A DNA stretch of 64,000 bases from a virus: IMG/VR virus record IMGVR_UViG_3300027816_000055; one strand, given 5' to 3'. Below are positions 36,200 to 45,682 of the stretch, piece by piece (within the stretch, counting starts at the first letter, position 1; each line of letters starts with the position of its first letter). The translations under genes and the position numbers were made by a program. The notes beneath the pieces were generated by a model. The model was not told the origin of the DNA, did not search any database, and saw nothing but the letters and a program-made list of their open reading frames with translations.

Positions 36200-36348
36200 A
36201 TAAATAAATATCTAAAAATATTTTAACTTTTGTATTTTTTAATTATATTTATTTTACAGTAATACGACATTTCCTTTGTCGCAATAAATATTCTAACTTT
36301 ATTGGAGTTTCTATAATAACTTCAGAAACAAACAAAGGATAATCATAT

Positions 36349-37530
36349 ATGTCAAAATTATTACAAGAAGCACTCGCTGACGCAAAAGCCGTTAAGCGTA
36401 TTGCTATTGAAAATGCTAAAGTAGCATTAGAAGAAACATTCCAACGCGAAGTCACCGGAATGTTCCAAGAAAAAATCAAAGAAGAATTGGCCAACGAAGA
36501 AACCTACGGTGTAGGTGATCAAAGTGGCGGCCTTCAAGGATCCAGTGATATTGGCGGAACTGTTGGTGGCAGCAAAAAGCCATCTGCAAAAGCCCACAAA
36601 ACATCAACCAAAGTTTCTAAGTTGGAAACTGGTGTAAAATTGGATGAAGAAGCCGAAGATTCGATGCATGCTGAAGTTGGTTCACATGACAATCAAATGG
36701 AAGCTTCAGAAGAAGCTGTTCATGATGAAACAATTACCAATGAAGAATTGGAAGAAATCTTGAGTAGCTTAGAAGAAGAATTGGATGAAGAAGGTGAACC
36801 GTCACCAGCACAACCTCCTGTTGATCCAATGGCACAAACACCTGCTCCTGCTCCTGCGCCAATGGCACCTGCTCCAGTTGATCCAAATGCTCCAGTAGCT
36901 GCTCAACCTCCAGTTGATCCAAATGCTCCTGTTGCTCCAGTTGCTCCTGCTCCAATGGCACAAGCACAACCTCCAGTTGCTGAAGAAGAAGAAAGCATGG
37001 AAGAAATCAGTCTCGACGAACTTTTGAGTGAAATCGGTGCTGAAGAAAGCTTGGAAGAAGCTAAGGAAGAAGACGACGACGAAAAAGAAGAAAAAGAAGA
37101 AGGTAAAGAAGAAGATGAAGATTTGAAAGAACAAAATACTTCACTTCGTACCCAATTGAGCGAACACATTAAAGTCATTGAATATTTGCGTGAACAAATC
37201 AATGAAATTAATTTATTGAATGCAAAATTATTGTATACCAACAAGTTGTTTAAGCAATTTGGATTGAGTAACACACAAAAATTGAGCATTGTTGAAAAAT
37301 TCGACTTGGCAAGCACAGTACGTGAAGTCAAGTATGCATACACAATTTTAGCCGAATCATTAAGTTCCGGTGCATCAACAGTCAAGAAGACTAATACTGT
37401 TGCAAAATCTATCACCGAAGGTTTGGCAAGCAAAGCAGTTGCATCCACAAAACCATCAAAAGATGTAATTGTTGAAAACACTAACGAGATGGCTTTGAAA
37501 TTCCAAAGACTCGCCGGAATCAAGAAGTAA
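36349..37530 (+). CDS. gp22: prohead core / scaffold protein (gp22-like)
   Basis: Acidic coiled coil, MSKLLQEALADAK, LLNAKLLYTNKLF, Pro/Ala repeat linker; lies directly before the major capsid gene. Confidence 0.8.
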   Translation: MSKLLQEALADAKAVKRIAIENAKVALEETFQREVTGMFQEKIKEELANEETYGVGDQSGGLQGSSDIGGTVGGSKKPSAKAHKTSTKVSKLETGVKLDEEAEDSMHAEVGSHDNQMEASEEAVHDETITNEELEEILSSLEEELDEEGEPSPAQPPVDPMAQTPAPAPAPMAPAPVDPNAPVAAQPPVDPNAPVAPVAPAPMAQAQPPVAEEEESMEEISLDELLSEIGAEESLEEAKEEDDDEKEEKEEGKEEDEDLKEQNTSLRTQLSEHIKVIEYLREQINEINLLNAKLLYTNKLFKQFGLSNTQKLSIVEKFDLASTVREVKYAYTILAESLSSGASTVKKTNTVAKSITEGLASKAVASTKPSKDVIVENTNEMALKFQRLAGIKK

Positions 37531-37581
37531 TTTTAATGGTGAGCAAAAACCAAACAAAAAAATAGATAAGGAAAATATAAT

Positions 37582-39345
37582 ATGAGTGATATTAAGTCAT
37601 TATTGACAAACAACATGAACCCACAAGCACGTTTGATGCAGGAAACTCGTCAATTACAAAGTAAGTGGGATAAAACTGGTCTTCTTGAAGGATTGGGCGG
37701 CGTAGAAAAAGCCAATATGTCCATCTTGCTTGAAAACCAAGCAAAGCAATTGCTTGATGAAGCAACTGCCACAGGTACATCAGCAAACAGTGAACAATGG
37801 GCAGGCGTAGCTCTTCCATTGGTTCGCCGTGTATTTGCTGAAATTAGCGCAAAAGAATTCGTTTCAGTACAACCAATGAATCTTCCAAGTGGTTTGATCT
37901 TTTATTTGGATTTCAAATATGGTTCAACTAATGGCGGATTTACTGCTGACTCAGCTAACAATTACAGTTCATTGTTCGGTGGAACAGGCAAGAAGCTTGG
38001 ATCAACTGACAGTGCAACCGGTGGTTTGTATGGTGTAGGTCGTTATGGTTATTCTATTAATGATATTACAGCAAGTATTTCTGCTGCAACTGGTAGCAGC
38101 TTGCCAGCAAGTGGAGTATATTTCACCACTGCGTCATATAGTGATGTCGATTTTGATGCATCCTATAGTTCTAGCGTTAACGGTACAAGCAACAACATCT
38201 ACAAGTTGACAATTAATTTGGGAGATAATAGTAGTACTTCAGGTGCAAACCCATTTGCATCAACAATTAATAATGCCGACTTAAATGCAGTACGTAGCTT
38301 CGTATTCACTGGAACCAGTACAACTACTGCTCCATTGAACGCATTCCAAGCTGTATATAACACTGGTAGTTTGGCAAGTCCACAATACTCAGTAACATTG
38401 TTCTTCAGTGCATCTTCAGCATTGTTGGCAGCCGGTAAAGTAACTGGCTCTGTATTGTTTAGCAAGCAACCAACTGATACAACCCGTGGTGACTTCGAAG
38501 ATAAGGCTCCATTCAGTGGTACTGGTGCAAATACTGGTATTAACGCTGGTACCGATATTGGTATTCCAGAAATTAACTTGGAATTGAAGAGCGAACCTAT
38601 CGTTGCCAAGACACGTAAATTGAAGGCCGTTTGGACCCCTGAATTGGCTCACGATTTGAATGCTTACCACAGCATCGACGCAGAAGCAGAATTGACTGCT
38701 TTGTTGAGTGAATACGTCTCAATGGAAATTGATTTGGAAATCCTTGATATGTTAATTACTGCTGCTCCGGGTGTAACAACTCAAGCATGGAGTGCTAAGA
38801 TCGGTAATGAATTGTCAGTTAACTTGGATAGTTTCGGTAATATGAATAATATTACTTTGAACACCGACGCAACTAACAAAACTGCATATGTTAAGAGCAC
38901 ATGGTTCCAAACATTGGGTAACAAGATTCAACGTGTATCTAACAAGATTCACCAATTGACTCTTCGTGGTGGTGCTAACTTCTTGGTCGTCAGTCCAGAT
39001 GTTGCAACTATCTTGGAAAGTATTCCGGGCTATGTAGTAAACACCGATGGTGATAGTGCTAAGTTCGCAATGGGCGTAAGCCGTGTTGGTTCTTTCGCAT
39101 CACGTTTCCAAGTTTACAAGAATCCATATATGGTTGAAAACGTAATCTTGGTTGGTTTCCGTGGAAATAACTTCCTCGAAACTGGTGCAGTTTATGCTCC
39201 ATATATCCCACTCGTACAAACTCCAATGGTATACGATCCAATTAACTTCACACCACGTCGTGGAGTATTGACTCGTTATGCTAAGAAAGTAATTCGTCCA
39301 GAATTCTACGGTAAAGTATTCATTGGTGATCTTGACCAAGTATAA
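37582..39345 (+). CDS. gp23: major capsid protein (gp23-like)
   Basis: LPLVRRVF, VQPM..PSGLIFYLDFKY, AKTRKLKA.WTPELA.DL.AYH.IDAEAEL, YAPYIPL, F.PRRG..TRY. Confidence 0.95.
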   Translation: MSDIKSLLTNNMNPQARLMQETRQLQSKWDKTGLLEGLGGVEKANMSILLENQAKQLLDEATATGTSANSEQWAGVALPLVRRVFAEISAKEFVSVQPMNLPSGLIFYLDFKYGSTNGGFTADSANNYSSLFGGTGKKLGSTDSATGGLYGVGRYGYSINDITASISAATGSSLPASGVYFTTASYSDVDFDASYSSSVNGTSNNIYKLTINLGDNSSTSGANPFASTINNADLNAVRSFVFTGTSTTTAPLNAFQAVYNTGSLASPQYSVTLFFSASSALLAAGKVTGSVLFSKQPTDTTRGDFEDKAPFSGTGANTGINAGTDIGIPEINLELKSEPIVAKTRKLKAVWTPELAHDLNAYHSIDAEAELTALLSEYVSMEIDLEILDMLITAAPGVTTQAWSAKIGNELSVNLDSFGNMNNITLNTDATNKTAYVKSTWFQTLGNKIQRVSNKIHQLTLRGGANFLVVSPDVATILESIPGYVVNTDGDSAKFAMGVSRVGSFASRFQVYKNPYMVENVILVGFRGNNFLETGAVYAPYIPLVQTPMVYDPINFTPRRGVLTRYAKKVIRPEFYGKVFIGDLDQV

Positions 39346-39372
39346 TCCGTAACGAGATATTAAGTTAAAGCG

Positions 39373-39408
39373 AACCCACGGTATTTCTACCGTGGGTTTT
39401 TATTTTTT
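39373..39408 (+). terminator. intrinsic terminator after the capsid gene
   Basis: aacccacggta-TTTC-taccgtgggtt plus T run. Confidence 0.85.
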
Positions 39409-39422
39409 ATTTTTCTATTTAT

Positions 39423-40223
39423 ATGATTATGTATTCAGAAAAAATATCACTAAAGTCTTTGTTATTGGAATATTTTACGGAACCCGTTTCTGTTTTAAAA
39501 AAATACATTACTAAAACAGAGGCAGAAAGAAAAATAGAACTTGGATTAAAAAATGATTGCATAGAATTTTTAGCAAGACGATATCCAAGTATATATGAAA
39601 AATATAGAAAAAACAATTACGGTGAATCGTCTGAAATGTTAATGAAAGAGCATTTAGATGTATTTAATGAATGGTGTAATTTTTTGTATGAAAAATTAAA
39701 CAGTTATGATTATCATGAATACTTTGACACGGGCTATCCGACATGGAATTATGTAGATTATAGATCCATTGTAAAAAATCAATGGTTGATTCATTTTAGT
39801 GATACAGCACAAAATATTTATTATGATCAAAGATTTAATAGTGGAGTAGATGATTATACAAGACTAGGATTAACTAAGCATTTATCCGATGGTATGAAAG
39901 ATATGGAAGGATATAATTTTGCTTATTTATTAAGTGATTATTTGAGATACGGAAAGGAACGTAATCGATTCAAATATGGAAAAGAAGCTGTTTTGTTCAA
40001 AGCAAGTGGAATACAAGTGTGGCATTTTGGTGATGCCGAACCACAAGTAATTTTTTGGGGACCGAGTGCATTTGATATTGTCTATATTAGAGAAGACAGT
40101 GACACAGGCGAATATTATGTATATAGTAAAAACAAGACAAGTCCATTCAGAGGAGAATTTGATGATTGTGTTGACTGGGTAATAAATAATTTTAATCAAT
40201 ATAAACGCATATTATTACCTTGA
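39423..40223 (+). CDS. hypothetical protein, possibly a divergent ADP-ribosyltransferase fold
   Basis: ISLKSLLLE leader; WLIHFS...GYNFAY...EPQVIFWG; fold call is weak; start 39423 or 39429. Confidence 0.55.
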   Translation: MIMYSEKISLKSLLLEYFTEPVSVLKKYITKTEAERKIELGLKNDCIEFLARRYPSIYEKYRKNNYGESSEMLMKEHLDVFNEWCNFLYEKLNSYDYHEYFDTGYPTWNYVDYRSIVKNQWLIHFSDTAQNIYYDQRFNSGVDDYTRLGLTKHLSDGMKDMEGYNFAYLLSDYLRYGKERNRFKYGKEAVLFKASGIQVWHFGDAEPQVIFWGPSAFDIVYIREDSDTGEYYVYSKNKTSPFRGEFDDCVDWVINNFNQYKRILLP

Positions 40224-40243
40224 TGTATTCTATTTATTATCAT

Positions 40244-40855
40244 ATGAAATTAACCGACATTGTTGAAAATATTGTTCATCCAGCAGAACCAATGAATCTA
40301 ATTAAAGAGGTTGCTGTTAGCCAAAATTTAAAATATCATTTGGATAGACACTTAACGCTTGAAGAATGTGTATTTCGCAATTATAGCGAAGCTTATTTTA
40401 ACTTAATAAATGAAATTCGTGCATTATACAACGATGATGCAATTGAATTAAATGAATATGACGCAGATATTGTCGAAAGCGATTTGGGAGAAACTGCTGA
40501 ATATGAAGGACGCACTGTATATTTAGATGCTCCTATTGAAGAAGATGTTGATGAACAATTGATGTTGGAAGCAAAACATCGTGGCAGAACAGTTAAATTA
40601 AATAGACCATTTCGAACTCCCGGTGGACCAAAAAAATTTGCTGTTTATGTAAAAAGCAAAAAGGGAAAAATCAAAAAAGTAACATTTGGTGATCCTAAAA
40701 TGCGTGTTCGTGCCAGTAGCAAGGCTCGCCGCAAGAGCTTTTCTGCCCGACATAAATGTAGTCAAAAGAAAGATCGTACAACAGCAGGTTATTGGAGTTG
40801 CAGAGCACATCGTATTCGCAGTTTGGGTACAAAAAGCAAGGGCAAATATTGGTAA
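40244..40855 (+). CDS. T4-like head-associated protein with basic C-terminal domain
   Basis: LMLE-AKHRGRTVKLNRPFR..GPKKF.VYVK...VTFGDP...RRKSF.ARHKC...AGYWSC, a domain recurrent in T4-like phages. Confidence 0.7.
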   Translation: MKLTDIVENIVHPAEPMNLIKEVAVSQNLKYHLDRHLTLEECVFRNYSEAYFNLINEIRALYNDDAIELNEYDADIVESDLGETAEYEGRTVYLDAPIEEDVDEQLMLEAKHRGRTVKLNRPFRTPGGPKKFAVYVKSKKGKIKKVTFGDPKMRVRASSKARRKSFSARHKCSQKKDRTTAGYWSCRAHRIRSLGTKSKGKYW

Positions 40856-40858
40856 TAT

Positions 40859-41215
40859 ATGATTAAGCTTAAAGATTTGATTGACGAAGGTTGGGGAGGC
40901 ATGCTTCAAGCACAGTTCTATTGGCTTGATAAAAATGGAAATGCGAAAAAAGTTTCAAGTCACGGAAGTTATGCTAATCTTTTATCAAAAATAGATTGGG
41001 ACGATGATCAATCATATCAATATATGTTTGATCGTGGATGGGCAAGAATTTCAATAGAAGATAATTATATATTTATAAATACATCATTGACAAATCCAGT
41101 TCACGTCGATTTGACCAAATCTCAAAAAGAATGGCTTAAAACAATCCGAGATGAAATATATCCAGCGCAACATTTACAAATTGTAAACATATACCGAAGA
41201 CCAATAGAAATATGA
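40859..41215 (+). CDS. hypothetical protein with MIKLKDLIDE leader
   Basis: YWLDKNG...HGSYA...MFDRGWARI. Confidence 0.75.
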   Translation: MIKLKDLIDEGWGGMLQAQFYWLDKNGNAKKVSSHGSYANLLSKIDWDDDQSYQYMFDRGWARISIEDNYIFINTSLTNPVHVDLTKSQKEWLKTIRDEIYPAQHLQIVNIYRRPIEI

Positions 41216-41553
41216 TTAAGCTTAAAGATTTGATTTTAGAACATTCAAATGATATTGTTTATCACTTGACTAAAAAATCTAATTTATCCAGTATTAAGAA
41301 ATACGGACTAAAACCAAATTTACCGGTTGATATGCCCACTGAAGATGAAGGTGTGTATGTATTTAAAACAAAAGAAAATGCAGAAGATGCATTGATGAAT
41401 TGGTATGGAGACAGATTTGATGAAGATGAAGAATTTGTATTGTTGACCATCAAGACAGATGGATTGCAATTGTTTTCAACAATGGTAGATTGGGAATATA
41501 TTTCATACACAAATATACCAGCATCCAATATTATTAAAATAGAAAATATATGA
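41212..41553 (+). CDS. ADP-ribosyltransferase fold protein (Tpt1/DarT-like) with MIKLKDLILE leader
   Basis: VYHLT..SNLSSI.KYGL.P...GVYVF....A...VLLTI...WEY....IP..NI. Confidence 0.65.
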   Translation: MIKLKDLILEHSNDIVYHLTKKSNLSSIKKYGLKPNLPVDMPTEDEGVYVFKTKENAEDALMNWYGDRFDEDEEFVLLTIKTDGLQLFSTMVDWEYISYTNIPASNIIKIENI

Positions 41554-42155
41554 TTTTATTAAAAACATTACTATTAGAAAATAATTGGCCGAATGTAATT
41601 TTGAATGATAAACATCTTTGGTATCATGGCAGAAGCATTGATAGTGACGTTTTTTCGTATGATTATGTCGGCGGCGAAAATGCATATGATCAAGAGGGGC
41701 CGGGATTTTATTTTACAAATAATTTCGAGGATGCAAAAAAATATACAAATTCAAATGGTATTATATTAAAATGTAAAATAAATTATCAAAAAATACTTAT
41801 AAAAAGCCCATCATCAAATACAAAAGTTAATAAAAAAATAATTGTTGATTTAATTAATAGTAGTCCAGACAAAGATTATACACTAGAAAATTTTGATGAA
41901 AATCCAAAAATGGCAATGATTAAAGCAATAAATGCATATTTGAAATATGATTATGCGCATGACGCGTATCAAATACTTGCCCGTGATTTTTACAAATACA
42001 ATCCAAAAGAATATTTACAAATATTGTCAAAATATTATGATGCTCAATTAACTGATAAAAACATAATGGATGGTAAAAAAGTATATCATTTGATTGTTTA
42101 CAATCCAACATTAATTACAGTTATTGATAAAATAAAATATGAATCTTCCATTTAA
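41550..42155 (+). CDS. ADP-ribosyltransferase fold protein (ART-PolyVal-like) with MILLKTLLLE leader
   Basis: WYHG....F......GPGFYFT....A..Y...YDA...LIVYNP..I. Confidence 0.65.
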   Translation: MILLKTLLLENNWPNVILNDKHLWYHGRSIDSDVFSYDYVGGENAYDQEGPGFYFTNNFEDAKKYTNSNGIILKCKINYQKILIKSPSSNTKVNKKIIVDLINSSPDKDYTLENFDENPKMAMIKAINAYLKYDYAHDAYQILARDFYKYNPKEYLQILSKYYDAQLTDKNIMDGKKVYHLIVYNPTLITVIDKIKYESSI

Positions 42156-42405
42156 AGAAATCTCATTGGGCAACAATCAATATATAAGAGAGTTTGCCGC
42201 TGATACAAATCGTGATGTTGTAGAAGAATGGCATCGGGATCGTGAAGATCGTATTGTTGAAGTAATTGAAAATACAGATTGGTTGTTTCAAATGGATAAC
42301 GAATTACCAATTTTATTAAAAGAAAAATTATATATTCCCAAAGAAAACTATCATAGAGTAATTATGGGAAAAGGCAAATTAATTGTTAAGATAACCAAGC
42401 TTTAA
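42139..42405 (+). CDS. conserved cupin-like small protein
   Basis: EWHRDREDR.VEVI...W.FQMDNELP...YIPK..YHRVI.G. Confidence 0.65.
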   Translation: MNLPFKEISLGNNQYIREFAADTNRDVVEEWHRDREDRIVEVIENTDWLFQMDNELPILLKEKLYIPKENYHRVIMGKGKLIVKITKL

Positions 42406-42420
42406 AACTATTTATAATAT

Positions 42421-43629
42421 ATGGCAAATGCAAATATCGATCAAGATCGTGTAAGATGGCCGGGTAGCGGTAGTGCTGTGAACACTGGTAGTGTTCCGTA
42501 TGGATTTTATCTCAATGAAAGCGCAACTACCGGCAGTGTTGGTTATTTTGAATATGATTGTCAAGCTGCTGCCGGTTGGGCAGCAAAACGTTTGGGTTAT
42601 CCAATTGTAGATATTGAAATGATTGATGTAAATTTCTATGCATGTTTTGAAGAAGCTGTAAGTGAATATGGTGCTCAAGTAAATCAATTCAACATTCGTA
42701 ATAATATGTTGAATTTACAAGGTATGCCCGTGGCAAATAATCCAAATGTTACAGGTCTAAATGTAAAAGGAAGTGCATTGCCATTTATTGTTGAATTATC
42801 AAAACAATATGGTAGTGAAGTTGGCGTCGGAGGATATGTGGAAGCAAAAAAATATGGCGTTGCAGTTACAAGTAGTGTTCAAACATATGATTTACAAGCA
42901 TTAATTGGAACCGCAGTTGAAAGCGGCAGCCGTGTTGAAATTCGCAGAGTATTTCATGGCCCACCACCAGCATTTGCACGTATTTACGATCCATTCAGCA
43001 TGACTGGTATGAGTTATAGTAACGTATTGAATGAAATGGGATTCGCTGGCTATAGTCCTGCTACACAATTTTTAATGACGCCGATCTTTGAAGATTTGCT
43101 TCGCGGTCAAGCAATTGAATTCAATGATATGGTACGAAAAAGCGGATACAGCTTTGAAATTATTAATAACAAATTAAAATTATTTCCTATTCCAACATAT
43201 GATCATACTGTTTATGTAGAATACGTTGTAGAAAAAGATAAATATAGTACGGCATCGCTGTTTAGTAGTGGAAGTAATTATGATATTGTAAGTGATTATA
43301 GTAATGCACCTTATCAAAACGTTGTATATAAGAGCATCAACGCCGTTGGTAAACAATGGATACGAAAATATTTCTTGGCATTATGTAAAGAAACTCTTGG
43401 TCGAATTTTGCAAAAATATACAACAGTTCCGATTCCGGGTGGCGAAGTTACTCTGGACGGTGCTGAATTGCGTAGTGAAGCGACATCTGAAAAAGAAGTG
43501 TTAATGACACAATTAAGAGAAAATCTTGAAGCCAGTGGACGTGCTGCACAAATGGATGCCAAAGCAAATGAAGCTGATAAAATTCAAGAAACTCTTCGTA
43601 AAACCCCACTGTTAATTTATATTGGATAA
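42421..43629 (+). CDS. gp13: neck protein (gp13-like)
   Basis: RLGYPIVDIEM, W...YFLALCKE.LG....KY..VP.PGG.VTLDG. Confidence 0.75.
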   Translation: MANANIDQDRVRWPGSGSAVNTGSVPYGFYLNESATTGSVGYFEYDCQAAAGWAAKRLGYPIVDIEMIDVNFYACFEEAVSEYGAQVNQFNIRNNMLNLQGMPVANNPNVTGLNVKGSALPFIVELSKQYGSEVGVGGYVEAKKYGVAVTSSVQTYDLQALIGTAVESGSRVEIRRVFHGPPPAFARIYDPFSMTGMSYSNVLNEMGFAGYSPATQFLMTPIFEDLLRGQAIEFNDMVRKSGYSFEIINNKLKLFPIPTYDHTVYVEYVVEKDKYSTASLFSSGSNYDIVSDYSNAPYQNVVYKSINAVGKQWIRKYFLALCKETLGRILQKYTTVPIPGGEVTLDGAELRSEATSEKEVLMTQLRENLEASGRAAQMDAKANEADKIQETLRKTPLLIYIG

Positions 43630-43632
43630 TTT

Positions 43633-43935
43633 ATGGAACAAGAAAAAGAACCATCTAAGTTTTTGTCATACAGTACATCAATGGAATGTCCGCAATGCAA
43701 ATCTAATAAATCAAAAGTCATAGATAAACGCAATGCACAAGATCACATTGTACGTCGAAGACACTGTGAAAATGGACATCGTTATACGACGATGGAATTG
43801 GACGCAAACAAACCCGGTGCAGCAAAAAAAGGAACAATTGATCCAACAAGTGATGATTTTGCAGAAAAAATGAAAAATGCACTTGTTCAGTCAATCAATT
43901 ATCAAAAACTTGCAAACGCACTATATATTAGATAA
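43633..43935 (+). CDS. NrdR-like N-terminal Zn-ribbon protein
   Basis: MECPQC....SKVIDKR.....RRRHCENGHRYTTME; no ATP-cone. Confidence 0.6.
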   Translation: MEQEKEPSKFLSYSTSMECPQCKSNKSKVIDKRNAQDHIVRRRHCENGHRYTTMELDANKPGAAKKGTIDPTSDDFAEKMKNALVQSINYQKLANALYIR

Positions 43936-43940
43936 TTAAT

Positions 43941-44411
43941 ATGAGTTTATTTGGACGCTATTTTAGTGAACGCGATTTAAGATTGATTAATTCTGTTAAT
44001 GCAGAATTGACCCGCGATATTATTCAAACTTTAGTTGTTTGTTTTAAAATCGCTGGTAATGTTACCAAAACAAACATGTATGGTGAAAGCAGTCCTAGCG
44101 AAGGCAAATCTTTTTATGATGGTATTGAGCTGACCGCATTAATTGAACGAAGTGATCCAACAACAGACGATGAAGGATTTGGTCCAGATCGGGATCAAAG
44201 CGTTGTGTTCAAATTGAGAGAAAATACTTGTGCCGATGCAAATTATTTTCCTGAAGTTGGCGATTTAATTTTATTTAATAATCGGTATCATGAAATTAAT
44301 AATGTTGTTCAAGAACAATTTTTGGGTGGCCAGAGTGATAAGAGTCATAGTTTTATTTGCAATACTCATTATAGTCGTTTAAGTAAACTTAACATCATTG
44401 AAAGACAATAA
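43941..44411 (+). CDS. head-completion / neck protein (gp14-like)
   Basis: Position after gp13; beta-rich, PEVGDLI.F..RYHEI. Confidence 0.55.
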   Translation: MSLFGRYFSERDLRLINSVNAELTRDIIQTLVVCFKIAGNVTKTNMYGESSPSEGKSFYDGIELTALIERSDPTTDDEGFGPDRDQSVVFKLRENTCADANYFPEVGDLILFNNRYHEINNVVQEQFLGGQSDKSHSFICNTHYSRLSKLNIIERQ

Positions 44412-44413
44412 TT

Positions 44414-45598
44414 ATGTCATGGCGTGGTAATACATCAAATCCAGTACCTTCGAATGTTGATGAAACAAAGAAAAATCCTTATTTTACAAATCAAGAAAAT
44501 AAGGCAATGGATGTTCGTCGAGATAAAGATACACGAAAGAATTTCACAGTTACTTTAATTGATATTGACAATTCATTGATGGAATATTTACAAAATGTAA
44601 TTAATCCAACAGTTGTCGATGCCGGTGCAAATATCAAAGTACCTATTCTTTATGGAAATCCCGAAAGATGGAAGGCTATTCAAAACGACGGATATTATCG
44701 TGATATAAATGGTAAAATCCAATTACCCGCAATAATGTTCAAGCGTAGCTCGTTTAGTAAAAATGAAAATTTACAAACGTTTAATAGATATTTAACATAT
44801 CCAGTTATGACTAAATTTAGTGAAAAAAATCAATATACTAAATTTAGTTTGTTAAATGATACCGTTGCTCCTGTTAATCAAATACATGCCGTGACATTGC
44901 CAGATCATGTAAAAGTTGAATATGAATTTATGGTTTGGACAGAATATGTGGAGCAAATGAACGCTATTTTAGAAAAAATTAACTTTGCAAGCGAAGATTA
45001 TTGGGGCGATCCACAACGATTTAAATTTAGAGTAACAATCAACGATTATAGTCATACCACAGAAGTCTCTAACGATAAAGATCGTATGGTTCGTACCTCT
45101 TTTACGCTAAGTTTGTTTGCATATTTATTGCCGGAAAGTTTTGAAGATCGCAAATCAACGGTTCAAAAACTACTGACTCCTAAAAAGATTAGTATTACGG
45201 CAGAAATTGTAAATGGAGTTGAAATGACATCGACAAATAAAAATGTTAAAGCGAATTCATATAGCAACCCAAGCAATCCTTACTATAATGTTAATAATGT
45301 TATATCATCAATTAAAGATTCGTGGACTGTTCCTAAACCTGCTATTGTAACAGAAAAATCAACAGTTGAAGGAGGCGATGTAACGACTCAAATTAGACAA
45401 AGTTATGCAGCACTCATTCAACAGACAATTAATATGGTTATCAGTGGAAGTACAACAGGAAGTGTAAATATTTGGCATAACCCACCTTCTTCACCAACCG
45501 AATATGGTGAAGAAGGTTGGATGGCATATGATGGCGATTATCATTATATATATGTTGGTGGTCGGTGGAGACGCCAAGCAATTGCAGACTTCGAATGA
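44414..45598 (+). CDS. tail terminator / completion protein (gp15-like) with C-terminal extension
   Basis: VPILYGNPERW, LPAI, V.YEFMVWTEY.EQMN.ILE; position after the neck genes. Confidence 0.55.
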   Translation: MSWRGNTSNPVPSNVDETKKNPYFTNQENKAMDVRRDKDTRKNFTVTLIDIDNSLMEYLQNVINPTVVDAGANIKVPILYGNPERWKAIQNDGYYRDINGKIQLPAIMFKRSSFSKNENLQTFNRYLTYPVMTKFSEKNQYTKFSLLNDTVAPVNQIHAVTLPDHVKVEYEFMVWTEYVEQMNAILEKINFASEDYWGDPQRFKFRVTINDYSHTTEVSNDKDRMVRTSFTLSLFAYLLPESFEDRKSTVQKLLTPKKISITAEIVNGVEMTSTNKNVKANSYSNPSNPYYNVNNVISSIKDSWTVPKPAIVTEKSTVEGGDVTTQIRQSYAALIQQTINMVISGSTTGSVNIWHNPPSSPTEYGEEGWMAYDGDYHYIYVGGRWRRQAIADFE

Positions 45599-45682
45599 TT
45601 AACTAAATATTAAAAAAAACCAGTTTAAATAAAAAAAAATATATTTATACTAAGATCATAGTAATATAGGAACCAAAGTAAT

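Noticed and set aside
36734-37523. Long antisense ORFs (e.g. 36903..37523, 32484..32948, 9096..9485, 57813..58274)
   Set aside because: Shadow frames of well-supported opposite-strand genes, with low-complexity mirror composition
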